This document shows, piece by piece, positions 63,850 through 64,000 of a stretch of 64,000 nucleotides of DNA. Source of the DNA: Ostrea edulis (taxonomy: Eukaryota); contig NC_079166.1 of the NCBI RefSeq assembly GCF_947568905.1, forward strand, positions 80,972,001-81,036,000, read 5' to 3'. Numbering within the stretch: the first letter of the stretch is position 1; each line of letters starts with the position of its first letter. The translations under genes and the position numbers were made by a program. The notes below the pieces were generated by a model, which was given only the letters and a program-made list of their open reading frames with translations, searched no databases and was not told where the DNA came from.

Positions 63850-64000
63850 GACTGGGTTTTCCTGTTACAGTAATAAGAGTATTTTGAATAGCTGGGTTTT
63901 CCCTTTACAGTAATAAGAGTATTTTGAATAACTGGGTTTTCCCTTTACAGTAATAAGAGTATTTTGAATAACTGGGTTTTCCCATTACAGTAATAAGAGT
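63850..64000. repeat. 40-bp array (actgggttttccctttacagtaataagagtattttgaata), runs off window
   Basis: Four copies with 40-bp period. Confidence 0.9.

Noticed and set aside
1-64000. Prokaryotic defence, retron or phage system
   Set aside because: There is no operon-like gene density or RBS pattern; all supported genes are intron-containing.

Overview
AT-rich eukaryotic genomic DNA with spliceosomal GT-AG introns, many minisatellites, MITEs, tRNA-derived SINEs and one 164-N gap. It is most likely from a bivalve mollusc (oyster-like); this is inferred from repeat families and TACATGTA richness. No prokaryotic operon, CRISPR array or intact tRNA/rRNA gene was found. Three spliced genes were reconstructed by hand with consistent exon phases: (1) a 254-aa protein of a conserved, uncharacterised family (TPKEVLQAGSFGGTYFR ... 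DPFGWFQWYCRFYGGRR), + strand, 32291-37658; (2) a 627-aa KY/kyphoscoliosis-peptidase-like transglutaminase-fold protein, - strand, 39632-44248, whose predicted catalytic Cys is Ser; (3) SEC63, + strand, from 48138 (13 exons seen, runs off the window). The two most interesting unexplained signals are: (a) a head-to-head inverted pair of spliced 72-aa microprotein genes at 25356-27099, invisible to the ORF track, with near-exclusively synonymous differences and a shared mirrored CRE/TATA cassette; and (b) repeated tandem arrays whose unit is a copy of the adjacent exon-intron junction, creating stacks of decoy splice sites in SEC63, the KY-like gene and others. The first ~24 kb holds exon-like patches that could only be partly assembled (low confidence).
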